Shown here: positions 23,103 through 32,078 of the stretch, in pieces
Position numbering within the stretch: position 1 is the stretch's first letter
Layout of the letters: the number at the start of each line of letters is the position of its first letter
Assembly: GCA_019637115.1 (NCBI GenBank)
Contig: JAHBWH010000022.1
Span: 762-64,761 of the forward strand
Reading direction: 5' to 3'
Origin: Myxococcales bacterium
Lineage (GTDB): Bacteria; Myxococcota_A; Polyangia; Polyangiales; Houyiibacteriaceae
Length of the DNA: 64,000 nucleotides
Notes under the pieces: generated by a model
The model's input: only the letters and a program-made list of their open reading frames with translations
What the model was told of the DNA's origin: nothing
The model's database searches: none
Translations under genes and position numbers: made by a program

Positions 23103-24488
23103 ATGGTCGCGCTCACGCGGCGCGCGACGCTTCGTCAAGCGTTCCTCGCGCCGTGGGACCCGGCCGTCGGGGAGAGCTGGCTCTACTCGCTCGCGTGGGC
23201 GCAGCAGAGAACGGGACTCGCAATCCACCAGACCGCGCTCGTCGCGAACCACCACCACACCGCCGTCACCCCGACCGACCGCGAGCTCGCCGAGGCCACG
23301 CGCAGCGCGCACCGCGACATGTCGTTCGCCATCAACGAGCTGCTCCTCCGCCACCGCCGCCCCATCGCGCGCGCCGTCTTCGATCCACGCCAGACGAACT
23401 GGACCACGTGCGTCGACGTCGAGGCCGAGATCAAGCGTCTCCTCTACGACGCGCTGAACGTGGTGGCGGCGGGGCTCGTCGAGCGACCCGAGCAGATGCC
23501 GTGGGGCCACTACTTCGGGTTCGAGCAGTGGCTGAAGGGACCCATCACGGTGAAGCGGCCGGAGTTGGAGCACTTCCAATACCGGCCCGAGGAGCTGACG
23601 CTCGAGCTCACGCCACCGGCCAAACTCTACCGGGCGTTCCGGGGCGACGTGCCGAAGCTCGTCGCGTACCTGAGCGAAGAGCTCGAGCATCAGATCGCCG
23701 ACGTCGCGAGCAAGCGCGAAGGCAGGCCTGCCCGTGGCCTCGAAGAGCTGCTGACCATCGACCCATGGAGCAAACCGAAGACGCTCGCGGAGCCGCGCTG
23801 GCGGCGCGTGCCGACGTGGGCCGTCGGCGCGGAGGGCGAGGTGGGCAAGCAGCGGCGCATGCGATCGTCGCTCGAGGTCCAAGCCCATCGCGCCGACAAC
23901 CGCGACCGCGTCCGCCAGCTGAAGGCGGGCGACTACACCAGCCCCGCGCCGCACGCCTCGCTGTGGCTCCGCGTCTTCCACAAGCTCGAGCTCGCCGAGA
24001 CCGGCCCCGACAACCTCCTCTGCACGAGCTACCCCACCCTCGCGCAGGTGAAGGTCGAGCTCGAAGAGGAGCGAGCGCGCGAAGCCAAAGAACAGCGCGC
24101 CGCCGAGCGACGCCGCGCCGAGGCGCGCAGAGCCCATCAGCTCGAGAAGCGCGCCGCCCACCGCGCCAAGCAGCGCGAGGCGAAGCGCGAAGAGCGCCAA
24201 GCCGCGCGGAGCGCGCGAGCCCGAGAGGCCGCCGAGCGCCACGCCGCGCGCCACGAAACCACCCACCGCGGCCCCAAGCCGGTATCGGCCCACCACGCGC
24301 TCGCCCCCGAACCCGAAGTCGACGCTGAAGCGCTCGCGTCGCTCACCCCGAGATCCGACTCTCGACGCGAGCCCGCGGATCCCGAGCCGACCCGCGAGCC
24401 CGACGCATCGCCCACCACCCACGCCGAGGCCGAGGCCGCCACCTCGTCGACCGACCGCGGCCGCCGGAGCGGCGACCCACCCGACTGA
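23103..24488 (+). CDS. HUH-superfamily Y1 (IS200/RAYT-like) tyrosine-transposase-like protein with a long charged/disordered C-terminal tail (461 aa)
   Basis: LAIHQTALVANHHHTAVTP (HUH-type motif), followed about 66 residues later by IKRLLYDALNVVAAGLVERPEQMPWGHY (the Y...N(P/V)V.AGLV pattern of COG1943/REP-associated transposases). The C-terminal ~200 aa are E/R/A-rich (EEERAREAKEQRAAERRRAEARRAHQLEKRAAHRAKQREAKREER...). The start was taken at ATG 23103 within ORF 22908-24488. Confidence 0.6.
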   Translation: MVALTRRATLRQAFLAPWDPAVGESWLYSLAWAQQRTGLAIHQTALVANHHHTAVTPTDRELAEATRSAHRDMSFAINELLLRHRRPIARAVFDPRQTNWTTCVDVEAEIKRLLYDALNVVAAGLVERPEQMPWGHYFGFEQWLKGPITVKRPELEHFQYRPEELTLELTPPAKLYRAFRGDVPKLVAYLSEELEHQIADVASKREGRPARGLEELLTIDPWSKPKTLAEPRWRRVPTWAVGAEGEVGKQRRMRSSLEVQAHRADNRDRVRQLKAGDYTSPAPHASLWLRVFHKLELAETGPDNLLCTSYPTLAQVKVELEEERAREAKEQRAAERRRAEARRAHQLEKRAAHRAKQREAKREERQAARSARAREAAERHAARHETTHRGPKPVSAHHALAPEPEVDAEALASLTPRSDSRREPADPEPTREPDASPTTHAEAEAATSSTDRGRRSGDPPD

Positions 24489-24767
24489 CCGCAGACGCGC
24501 GCCCGCCGCGCTGCCCGGCCCGGCACCAGCCCGAGCCGGGCGTCGCTCCGTCCGTCACCACGGATTCGCGGGCCGCCCTACCCCTCGAGGCCCTCCGACG
24601 ACCCGCCGCGCCCCCGGCGGCCCGCCGGCTTGCCCCCTTCCGCCTGGTACCCGGTACCGACTACTGAGCCTCGGACCGACTACTGAGCCTCTCTCGTGCG
24701 ACTCGGGAGAAGGCACGCAGCGAGAGGAGACGAGGGTACCCCGGTGGGGGGCGCGCGGGGGCGCGAT

Positions 24768-24791
24768 CGTCTACCCCATTTGGGGTAGACG
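24768..24791 (-). terminator. Palindromic hairpin CGTCTACCCCATTTGGGGTAGACG, 17 nt downstream of the stop of the helicase operon
   Basis: 11 complementary base pairs around a TT centre, read directly. It lies just after stop codon 24809-24811 on the minus strand. Confidence 0.5.
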
Positions 24792-24808
24792 AGGCGCGTG
24801 GCGGGGGG

Positions 24809-25897
24809 TCAGCTCAGCACCTCGACGTGGGTCGGCGACTCGAGCACGTGCTTGCGCCCGTAGCGCCGGAGCGTCCCACGCACCGACAGCAGCTGGCGGT
24901 CTCGATGAGCGTCCACGGCTTTGCGGTAGTCGTCCGGACCGAGAGTGCAGCGTGCGCGAACGAGCGCGTCCTCGACCTCGGTCGTGAGCACGATCTCCCC
25001 TTCGAGCTCGTCGTTGGCGTTCTCGATCCCGTGAAGGTCGGAGACCCGCCCGACGAAGCGCATCTCTCGGGCGGCGCTCGGCGGACGAAGCGCGCTCGCC
25101 AGCTCGTCGAAGGAGGCGAAGAGCCCCCGCTCGATACGCACGAGGGCGGGCGGGTCGACGATCGGAACCACCGGCGAGAACGTCGCGCCGATCTCGAGAT
25201 CCGCGCCCTCGTCGGGCGGCAGCATGGTCACGACGGCCTCGGTCAGGTTTGCCGAGATGATGGGCTCCTCCGCGTCCACGACCGCCTTGACGCCGTCCCT
25301 GCGCAGAACGCGGACCGTCTTTGCCAACGAAGACAGCAGCGTCGTCAGAGTCTGTCGTCCGAACTCGGCGCGCTCGGGGTGATCGGGCAAGTCGATGGGG
25401 CAGTGAATCAAGAGGGTGAAGCTGCCGCGCTCCGTGGCGCCCAGACGGCACGCTTGCAGGAGGGCCTGCGGAGCGGTCCGCGACATGCGGGGATGAAACC
25501 GGGTGTTCGGCACTTCGACCTGGTGTGCAGCGGCCAAGAGCGAGCGTTGTGCACCGGTCAGGAAGGTAGCCGCGGCTGACAGATCGATTGTCCCATCCTC
25601 GACCGACTGCCCCGTGCGCCGGAACCGGGCGTGATCGGTCCGAGGGTGCGTCAGGTCCGCCAGCACTCCTTCGACGGGTCGCTGCTCGTGGCGCGCGATG
25701 GTTCGCGCGGCGCGGGCCATGACCTCCGCGTAATCCGAGAGGGTGGGTTCCACGGCGAGGATGACGTCTTCGTCGTCCGCGCGGTACGCGGCGATGTCGT
25801 CGCGCGGGGTCTGGAGTCTTTCCCACCCGCGTGACTCGAGGTACGCGCGGACCGCCGCGAACTCGATTCGTTCCGCCTTCGGCTCCAGGGCGCTCAC
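24809..25897 (-). CDS. Hypothetical protein (362 aa), third gene of the SNF2-helicase operon; no domain recognised
   Basis: The long ORF starts with GTG (25895-25897), 1 nt after the TGA of the upstream gene. Its composition is protein-like (MSALEPKAERIEFAAVRAYLESRGWERLQTPRDD...FVGRVSDLHGIENANDELEGEIVLTTEVEDALVRARCTLGPDDYRKAVDAHRDRQLLSVRGTLRRYGRKHVL). Confidence 0.7.
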   Translation of the reverse strand: MSALEPKAERIEFAAVRAYLESRGWERLQTPRDDIAAYRADDEDVILAVEPTLSDYAEVMARAARTIARHEQRPVEGVLADLTHPRTDHARFRRTGQSVEDGTIDLSAAATFLTGAQRSLLAAAHQVEVPNTRFHPRMSRTAPQALLQACRLGATERGSFTLLIHCPIDLPDHPERAEFGRQTLTTLLSSLAKTVRVLRRDGVKAVVDAEEPIISANLTEAVVTMLPPDEGADLEIGATFSPVVPIVDPPALVRIERGLFASFDELASALRPPSAAREMRFVGRVSDLHGIENANDELEGEIVLTTEVEDALVRARCTLGPDDYRKAVDAHRDRQLLSVRGTLRRYGRKHVLESPTHVEVLS

Positions 25898-25898
25898 G

Positions 25899-26435
25899 TC
25901 AAACTCTCCCTTCGGTTCGGACCTTGTCCATCAGGACCCGCAGCGCGTCCGGGTCGAACACGTTGTTCGGCGGAATCATGACGCGCTCTCTCGTTTCGTT
26001 CTGCATAGCCAGGCCGCGGAGCGAGACCCAGTAGCCACAGCGCCGAAGCACGAGCGCGTCCTGCGAGTGGCCGACCCAAGTCGCTTCGTCCGCCGGGAGC
26101 GTGACCACCACCAGGATCCGCGGGATGTCGGTGTCTTCCGAGAGGTCCTAGAAATTCTTTCGTTTGACGTAGTAATCGAACGGGCTCGGCAAGGGGTCGA
26201 CCACATGCGCCTTCACCTGAACCTTGAGCTCTGCGACGCGAAGCTGCCCTGGCGGCACCTCCTGGAGACGATGCGACAGCATGACGTCCGTGCTGTCTCG
26301 GTCGACGCGGATGAACTCGGTCGCGCATTCGGCCCGCGTCGCGACGGCATAGACGTACGCGAGGGCGAGGTGTTCCTTGATGTCGTTGCCGAAGAGCATG
26401 TCGTTCCGTCGGGTGGCAGCCAGGATCTTAAGCAC
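25899..26435 (-). pseudogene. DUF4365-like (restriction-endonuclease-fold) protein with an in-frame TAG at 26148-26150
   Basis: ORF 26148-26435 (..GNDIKEHLALAYVYAVATRAECATEFIRVDRDSTDVML...LKVQVKAHVVDPLPSPFDYYVKRKNF*) and ORF 25899-26111 are in the same frame. After the TAG the read-through gives DLSEDTDIPRILVVVTLPADEATWVGHSQDALVLRRCGYWVSLRGL...VMIPPNNVFDPDALRVLM, matching my recollection of the DUF4365 layout (D..D...Q(V/L)K ... P.iLvv..lP.d...W...l.lr...YW.sL.g). Confidence 0.6.
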
Positions 26436-26512
26436 AGACGAGGGGTCGGGTCACCGACTGACGCGCCCGCTGCTCCGCGGGACCGGGCTGACCGAAGCCC
26501 AGAAGCGGACGC

Positions 26513-29488
26513 TCACCGCCGACTGACCGCGGCGACCAGCGCGTGCGCCCCCGCCTCGTCGAGCGCCGAGCCGACGAAGAGCGCCGCGAGCCGGAGGTAG
26601 GGGGCGTCGACGGTGCTGAGGCGCTCGGAGACGAGCTCGCGGCCCGCCTCGAGCGCGCGCTCGACCTCGGCGCGCTCGCGGACCAGGCGCGCGGCGAGGT
26701 CTTTGCGGAGGGCGCCCTTCGCGCCGAGCTCGGCCTCGCGGGCCGCGAGCGCCGTGAGGCGCGCGTCGGCCCACGCGCGGAGGCGCTTCTGCGTGCGCTT
26801 GAGCTCGGGCCGGAGCGCGTCGCCGCGTGCGGCGCGGAGCGCGCGGACGTGCGCCTCGGCGTGGGCGATGAAGGGCGCGCGCAGCGGCTCGAGGGCGGCG
26901 GTCGGGAGCGAGGCGCCGTCGTTGTGGAGCTCGGCGTCGAGGCCGATCTGCGACGCGAAGGTCTCGAGCGGTACGAGGTCGATCGCGCCGTCCTCGCGCG
27001 CGATGAGCGCGCTCCAGTCGACGAGGACGGGCTGGCTCGCGCGGTTCGAGAGCACGCCCTGCACGAGCGCTGCGGCGCCGCGCGCGGGCAAGCCGCGGTG
27101 GGCGCGGAGGACGGGCGCCTCGTGGCGCGCGAAGTGCGCGAGCACGCGGTCGTCGATCCACTCGAGCACCGGGTGGAGGGGCCAGAGGAGCTGCCACTCG
27201 GGGAAGCCGCGCGTGCCCGTGGGATCGTCCGCGGACTTCTCGCGCGCGCGGGCGTAGCTGCGCTGGACGACGTCGCGCTGCGCGGTGAGCTTGAAGTGCG
27301 TGGCGCCGCGGGGGCCGCGCAGCTCGGGCGGCAAGAGGCGCAGTCGGCGCTCGAGGTCGTCGGGGGCGGTGAGCACGAGGCCCTCGAGCTCGGGCGCGGG
27401 GTCGACGCGCAGCGCGAGGCCCGCGTCGCGCAGCTCGTGGAGGGCGCTCTCGACGTAGGCGAGGTCGCTCGCGTAGAGCGCCGCGCGCGCCCCCTTCTCC
27501 GGGTGGATGGCCTCGAAGCCGTCGCCCTCGGCGCGGTAGCCGATGTTGGCGTCGGCGAGGACGGCAGCCTCTTCGCCTTCGAGCGGGGCGTCGAGGAGCG
27601 CGAAGAGCGCGTCGAGGCCGGCGGGGCCTTCGTCGAGCGCTTCGCCGACGAGCTCTTCCTCGGCCTCGGCGGAGAAGCAGCGCATCAACCATTGGACGTC
27701 GCCGAGCGCGTCGTGGGCGCGGCGCTCTTTGTCGATGAGCACGTCGAGGACGCGGAGGTCCCCCTGGGCGCCGCGCTCGCCCGTCGGCGTGAAGAGGAGG
27801 TAGTGGACCTCGGGGGCGTGGGTCTGGCCGAAGCGATCGATGCGGCAGTTGCGCTGCTCGAGGGTGATGAGCGACCAGGGGATGTCGTAGTGGACGAGCT
27901 GGTGGCACTCGTGGTGGAGGTTGAGGCCTTCGGCGGCGGCGTCCGAGCCGAGGAGGACACGCAGCGGCGCGTCCTTGGCGCCGAAGCGGCGCGTGACGTC
28001 GCGCTGGTCGACGTCGGAGAGGCCGCCGTGAAAGAGCGCGAGCTCGTCGTCGGCGAAGCCCTCGGCGCGGAGGCGGTCGTGGAGGACCCGCAGCGTCTCG
28101 AGGCGCTCGGCGAAGAGGACGACGCGCGTGGGCGCGCCAGGGGCGACGCCGAGCTCGCCGAGCAGGGCCCAGAGGCGCGGCCATTTGGCCCCCGCAGGGT
28201 CGAGCGGCGCGGCGAGCGCGGCCAAGTGATCGAGCGTGGCGAGGTCGCGCGCGAGCGCGTCGCGCTGCTCGTCGGAGGGGTCGGTCTCGAGGCGCCGAGC
28301 GACGCGGGCCCGGCGGGACGCGAGGGTCTGCGAGAGCGCGGCGGGCGACGAGAGGAGGCTCTTGAGCAGGAGGGTGCGGAAGAGGACCCCTTTGCCGCCG
28401 GGGCGCTGGGCGGCGGGGCGGATCGTCTCGAAGGTGGCCGCGTGGAGCGCGGCGACGAGGGCGTCCTCGGCCTCGCTCGCGCCGACCTCGTAGCGGTGGA
28501 GGCGCCGCTCGCGGAAGCGGTCCTCGCCGAGGGCGACGTCCTTCTTGAAGCGGCGGACGTAGAGGTCGCGGATGTCGTCCTTGGTGTAGCGCTCGGGATC
28601 GGGGAGCGCGGTCGGGTCCAAGAGCTCGATGAGGCTCGCGAAGCTCTCGGCGCGGCCATCGTGCGGGGTGGCGCTCGCGAGGATGAGCGCGTCGGTGGTG
28701 CGCGCGAGCAGGCGCGCGAGCTGCGCGCGCTGGCTGCCGTGCCGGGTCGCGCCGCGGAGGGCGACGTGCTGGCATTCGTCGATGACGACGGCGTCCCAGC
28801 GGCATTGCTCGAGCAGGCGCGCGTATTTCGCGTCGTTCTTGAGCGTGTCAATGGAGACGATGACGCGGTCGTAGTGGTGGAAGGGGTTGGCGCTGGACGG
28901 GAGCTCGCGGGCGATGCGCGTGAGCCCAACGGAGTCGAGGCGGACGAGGGGGATGGTGAAGCGGGCCCAGAGCTCGGTCTGGAACTGCTCGAGGACGCTC
29001 TTGAGCGCGACGACGAGGATGCGGCGCCCGCGCCCGCGCCGGATGAGCTCGGTGAGCAGCACGCCGACCTCGATGGTCTTGCCGAGGCCGACGGCGTCAG
29101 CGAGGAGGATGCGGGGCTGGGTGCGCACGAGAGCCTGCGCGGCGGGGACGAGCTGGTAGTCGCTCGGGTCGATGGCGGCGCGGTGGCCGAGGTGGATGCG
29201 CTCGTCGGTGGGCGGCGTGCGGCGGAGGAGGCTCTCGAGATAGAGGCGCGTGCGGCGGTAGCCGGGGGAAGGGTCGGCGACGAGCGCGGTGTCGCGCGGG
29301 TCGAGGAGGACGGCGCGGTCGAGGCCTGGATGCAGGAAGATGGTCTCGCGATCGCGGACGAAGTCGCTGAGGCCGGTGACGTGGAGCTCGACGTCGCCGT
29401 AGCCGGTGGGCTTGGCGCGGCGGACGAGCCACTCGGCGTCACGGACGAGGACGCGGGCGCCGGGTGGGAAGGTGGTCTCGGTCTGCAT
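26513..29488 (-). CDS. SNF2/RapA(HepA)-like superfamily-2 helicase/translocase, 991 aa
   Basis: N-terminal Tudor-like GARVLVRDAEWLVRRA; motif I LLADAVGLGKTIEVG; motif II VVIDECQHV; ILASATPHDG; helicase-C VLLGSDAAAEGLNLHHECHQLVHYDIPWSLITLEQRNCRIDRFGQ; and a ~400-aa C-terminal extension with WPLHPVLEWIDD (compare RapA WEHPLIRNGLD). Confidence 0.9.
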   Translation of the reverse strand: MQTETTFPPGARVLVRDAEWLVRRAKPTGYGDVELHVTGLSDFVRDRETIFLHPGLDRAVLLDPRDTALVADPSPGYRRTRLYLESLLRRTPPTDERIHLGHRAAIDPSDYQLVPAAQALVRTQPRILLADAVGLGKTIEVGVLLTELIRRGRGRRILVVALKSVLEQFQTELWARFTIPLVRLDSVGLTRIARELPSSANPFHHYDRVIVSIDTLKNDAKYARLLEQCRWDAVVIDECQHVALRGATRHGSQRAQLARLLARTTDALILASATPHDGRAESFASLIELLDPTALPDPERYTKDDIRDLYVRRFKKDVALGEDRFRERRLHRYEVGASEAEDALVAALHAATFETIRPAAQRPGGKGVLFRTLLLKSLLSSPAALSQTLASRRARVARRLETDPSDEQRDALARDLATLDHLAALAAPLDPAGAKWPRLWALLGELGVAPGAPTRVVLFAERLETLRVLHDRLRAEGFADDELALFHGGLSDVDQRDVTRRFGAKDAPLRVLLGSDAAAEGLNLHHECHQLVHYDIPWSLITLEQRNCRIDRFGQTHAPEVHYLLFTPTGERGAQGDLRVLDVLIDKERRAHDALGDVQWLMRCFSAEAEEELVGEALDEGPAGLDALFALLDAPLEGEEAAVLADANIGYRAEGDGFEAIHPEKGARAALYASDLAYVESALHELRDAGLALRVDPAPELEGLVLTAPDDLERRLRLLPPELRGPRGATHFKLTAQRDVVQRSYARAREKSADDPTGTRGFPEWQLLWPLHPVLEWIDDRVLAHFARHEAPVLRAHRGLPARGAAALVQGVLSNRASQPVLVDWSALIAREDGAIDLVPLETFASQIGLDAELHNDGASLPTAALEPLRAPFIAHAEAHVRALRAARGDALRPELKRTQKRLRAWADARLTALAAREAELGAKGALRKDLAARLVRERAEVERALEAGRELVSERLSTVDAPYLRLAALFVGSALDEAGAHALVAAVSRR

Positions 29489-29626
29489 GCTAGTGGTGCT
29501 CGGCGGGTGCTCGAAGGTAGCAGCCTGATGGCGGCAACGATCGGACGAGGCGATGAGAACGACCGTGGGTCCGGACCTTCTGTCTCGAGGGCGCCGCGCG
29601 GCGCGAGCCCGCGCGCTGCGGCGGCG

Positions 29627-30229
29627 TCACTCCGGGGGCGGCGGGGGCTCGCCCGCCTCCTCGAGCGCCTGCTGCAGGTTGTCGCGACGCGTGCGGAGGC
29701 GATCCGCCGTCCGCTCGAGCCATTGCACGCGGGCGGCGTCCCCCGCCTCGCGAGCGACCTCGATCTCCGGGACGATCGAGAGCAAGAGCCGGTTCGCGAT
29801 GTCGAGGCTCTGGACGTTGCGCAAATAAACGCCGCGCGCGCGGGCGGCCTCCTGCTCGGGGGTGAGGACCAGGCGCGGGGGCGGCGCAGCCCTCACCGGC
29901 CCTCCGACGGCCTGGTCGACGGCGGCCCCCTCACGCCCCGGGATCTCGGGGTCGGCCTGCTCGCTTGCCTCGGGTGCGCCGCTGGGCGAGCCCGCGAGCG
30001 CCTCCACCTCGCGCGCGAGCTCGTCGAGACCCGTAGGCACCTCGCCCGCGGCGCCCTCGCCCTCCTCCAGCGCCGGCTCGCGCCAGACGAGGCCCGCGTC
30101 CTCCGGAACGCTCGCGGCGGGCGGCGGCGCGTCATCGGACGGGCGAAGCACGAGCCACACGCCAACCGCGACCAGCGCGAGCACACCGACGTACGCCGCG
30201 ACCTTCACACACGCCGACATGTCACACAC
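29627..30229 (-). CDS. Membrane-anchored hypothetical protein (200 aa) with a Pro/Glu-rich linker and a C-terminal helical region
   Basis: The N-terminal transmembrane segment is VAAYVGVLALVAVGVWLVL. It is on the same strand as, and upstream of, the SNF2 gene, and divergent from the kinase gene with a 52-nt gap. Confidence 0.55.
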   Translation of the reverse strand: MCDMSACVKVAAYVGVLALVAVGVWLVLRPSDDAPPPAASVPEDAGLVWREPALEEGEGAAGEVPTGLDELAREVEALAGSPSGAPEASEQADPEIPGREGAAVDQAVGGPVRAAPPPRLVLTPEQEAARARGVYLRNVQSLDIANRLLLSIVPEIEVAREAGDAARVQWLERTADRLRTRRDNLQQALEEAGEPPPPPE

Positions 30230-30281
30230 GAGCGCGCGCGACCAGCCGTGATTCGGGGCGTGAACGCGGTATGCTCTCCGC

Positions 30282-32078
30282 GTGCTCGATCGGGGTCAGC
30301 GTCGACGGCTCGGCCGATACGAAGTCCTGTTCCGACTCGCCGCGGGCGGTATGGCGGAGGTCTTCGTCGGCCGCCTCGTCGGGGAGGGCGGCTTCATCCG
30401 CTACGTCGCGATCAAGCGGATGCTCCCGCACCTCGCCGAAGACGCGCGCTTCGTCCAGATGTTCCTCGACGAAGGGCGGCTCGCTGGTCACGTGTCGAGC
30501 CCGCACGTCGTCCCCGTCCTGGACGTGGGCCGCGACGACGAGGGCGCGCTCTTCATCGTGATGGAGCTCGTGCGCGGCGTGGCCCTCCATGGGCTGATCG
30601 TCGCCGCCCGCAAGGGGGACGAGCGCCTCGTCCCGCTCGACGTCGCCCTCACGATCCTCTCGGACGCCGCGCGCGGTTTGCACGACGCCCACGAGGCCGT
30701 GACGCCGCTCGGCGAGCCGATGGCCCTCGTGCACCGCGACATCTCGCCACAGAACCTGCTCGTGGGGGTCGACGGGCGCACGCGCATCACGGACTTCGGC
30801 GTCGCGCGGGCGATCCAGCGGAACACCGCGACCGTCGCGGGTGAGCTGAAAGGCAAGCTCGGCTACTTCGCGCCAGAGCAGGCCAAGGGCCAGGTCGACC
30901 GCCGCACGGACGTCTTCGCCCTCGGCATCGTCGCTTGGGAGATGCTCGTCGGTCGACGGCTCTTCGACGGCGATAGCCCGCTCGAGCGCCTCGAGAAGGT
31001 CCAGCGCATGCCGATCCCTTCGGCGCGCTCCCTCCGCCCCGAGATCCCGGCGGAGCTCGACGCGGTCGTCTCGCGTGCCCTGCAGCGCGATCCGTCCGAG
31101 CGTTTCCAGACGGCTGGCGAGCTCGCGGCCGCGCTCCGACAGGCCGGCGTGCGGCCCGCCGACGCCGACGAGGTCGGCGCCTTCGTGCGCGCGACGATCC
31201 CCGACGCCCTCCAGACGCTAGAGGCGCGTCTCGTCCGCGCGGCCCGGGAGGACGCCGAAGGCCCCCGAACCGCAGAGCTCCTCCCCGACGGCGAGCATCG
31301 CACCTCGGTCGAGCACGTGACGCCGCTCGCCGACCACGACCTGCTCGAGGGGACACACGCGCACGACCCGACGCGCGTGCGGACTTCGGTCACGCCCCGG
31401 CTCGACCCCGTGCCGCTGGAGCCCGAGGCCGCGTCCGGCCGAAGAGGTCCCGTCGTCGCCTTGGTCGCCGCCGTCGTGCTCGTCGGCGCGGGTCTCGGCG
31501 GCGCGATGGCGCTGCGGGCGCCCGACGCGCCCGCGACGACGGCGACGGCGCGACCCGCGATGGAAGTCGAGGTGCCCGCGCCGGAGGCGACGCCCGACGC
31601 GCCCGAGCGCTCGGCCGAGGCCTCGTCCGTGACGCCGCCCAGCTCGGACTCGCGGACGACGAGAGCCCGCGGACGTCGAGCCCGCGCCATGGCTGATGGC
31701 GAAGCCGACACGAGCCTCGAGCGCTCTGCCAACGAGGCCGCCCGACCGGCCCAGATCGCCCACCCCGCCACCACGACCCAGACCGGGCAAACCCAGGGCG
31801 GCCAAACCCAGCGCGGCCAAACCCCGGCCGCGCAAACCCAGACCGCGCAAGCCCAGGCCGCCCCGGCCGTTCAGCCCGAGCAAGCCCAGGCCACCCCGAC
31901 TCAGGCTGCCCAGACCCAGGTGAACCGGTCGCAGACCACTGCGCGAGCCTCCGGCACGCCCGCGCCATCGCGCGACACCACCACGCCACCGAACGCGCCC
32001 GCTGCAGCGCCGGCTGCGTCTCCTTCGCGGCCTGGCGCCTTGCGCGGCGTCGACGCCTTCGACCGTGGAGTCCGATGA
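30282..32078 (+). CDS. Ser/Thr protein kinase (Hanks-type) with a Thr/Gln/Ala-rich low-complexity C-terminus
   Basis: GRYEVLFRLAAGGMAEVF..VAIKRM, HRDISPQNLL, ITDFGVARA, GKLGYFAPEQ. It has a GTG start at 30282 and a transmembrane-like segment VVALVAAVVLVGAGLGGAMAL. Confidence 0.9.
   Translation: MLDRGQRRRLGRYEVLFRLAAGGMAEVFVGRLVGEGGFIRYVAIKRMLPHLAEDARFVQMFLDEGRLAGHVSSPHVVPVLDVGRDDEGALFIVMELVRGVALHGLIVAARKGDERLVPLDVALTILSDAARGLHDAHEAVTPLGEPMALVHRDISPQNLLVGVDGRTRITDFGVARAIQRNTATVAGELKGKLGYFAPEQAKGQVDRRTDVFALGIVAWEMLVGRRLFDGDSPLERLEKVQRMPIPSARSLRPEIPAELDAVVSRALQRDPSERFQTAGELAAALRQAGVRPADADEVGAFVRATIPDALQTLEARLVRAAREDAEGPRTAELLPDGEHRTSVEHVTPLADHDLLEGTHAHDPTRVRTSVTPRLDPVPLEPEAASGRRGPVVALVAAVVLVGAGLGGAMALRAPDAPATTATARPAMEVEVPAPEATPDAPERSAEASSVTPPSSDSRTTRARGRRARAMADGEADTSLERSANEAARPAQIAHPATTTQTGQTQGGQTQRGQTPAAQTQTAQAQAAPAVQPEQAQATPTQAAQTQVNRSQTTARASGTPAPSRDTTTPPNAPAAAPAASPSRPGALRGVDAFDRGVR

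Noticed and set aside
26543-30844. 1433-aa plus-strand ORF overlapping the SNF2 helicase gene and its neighbours
   Set aside because: It is antisense to a helicase with all canonical motifs. Its composition is E/R/A/G/V-dominated, and it crosses three real genes on the other strand plus part of the kinase gene in another frame.
31760-31930. Repetitive caaacccag/ggccaaaccc units near the end of the kinase gene as a non-coding repeat array
   Set aside because: They are in frame with the kinase ORF and translate to a coherent T/Q/A/G-rich low-complexity tail (TQTGQTQGGQTQRGQTPAAQTQTAQAQ...). I therefore treat them as coding low-complexity sequence.
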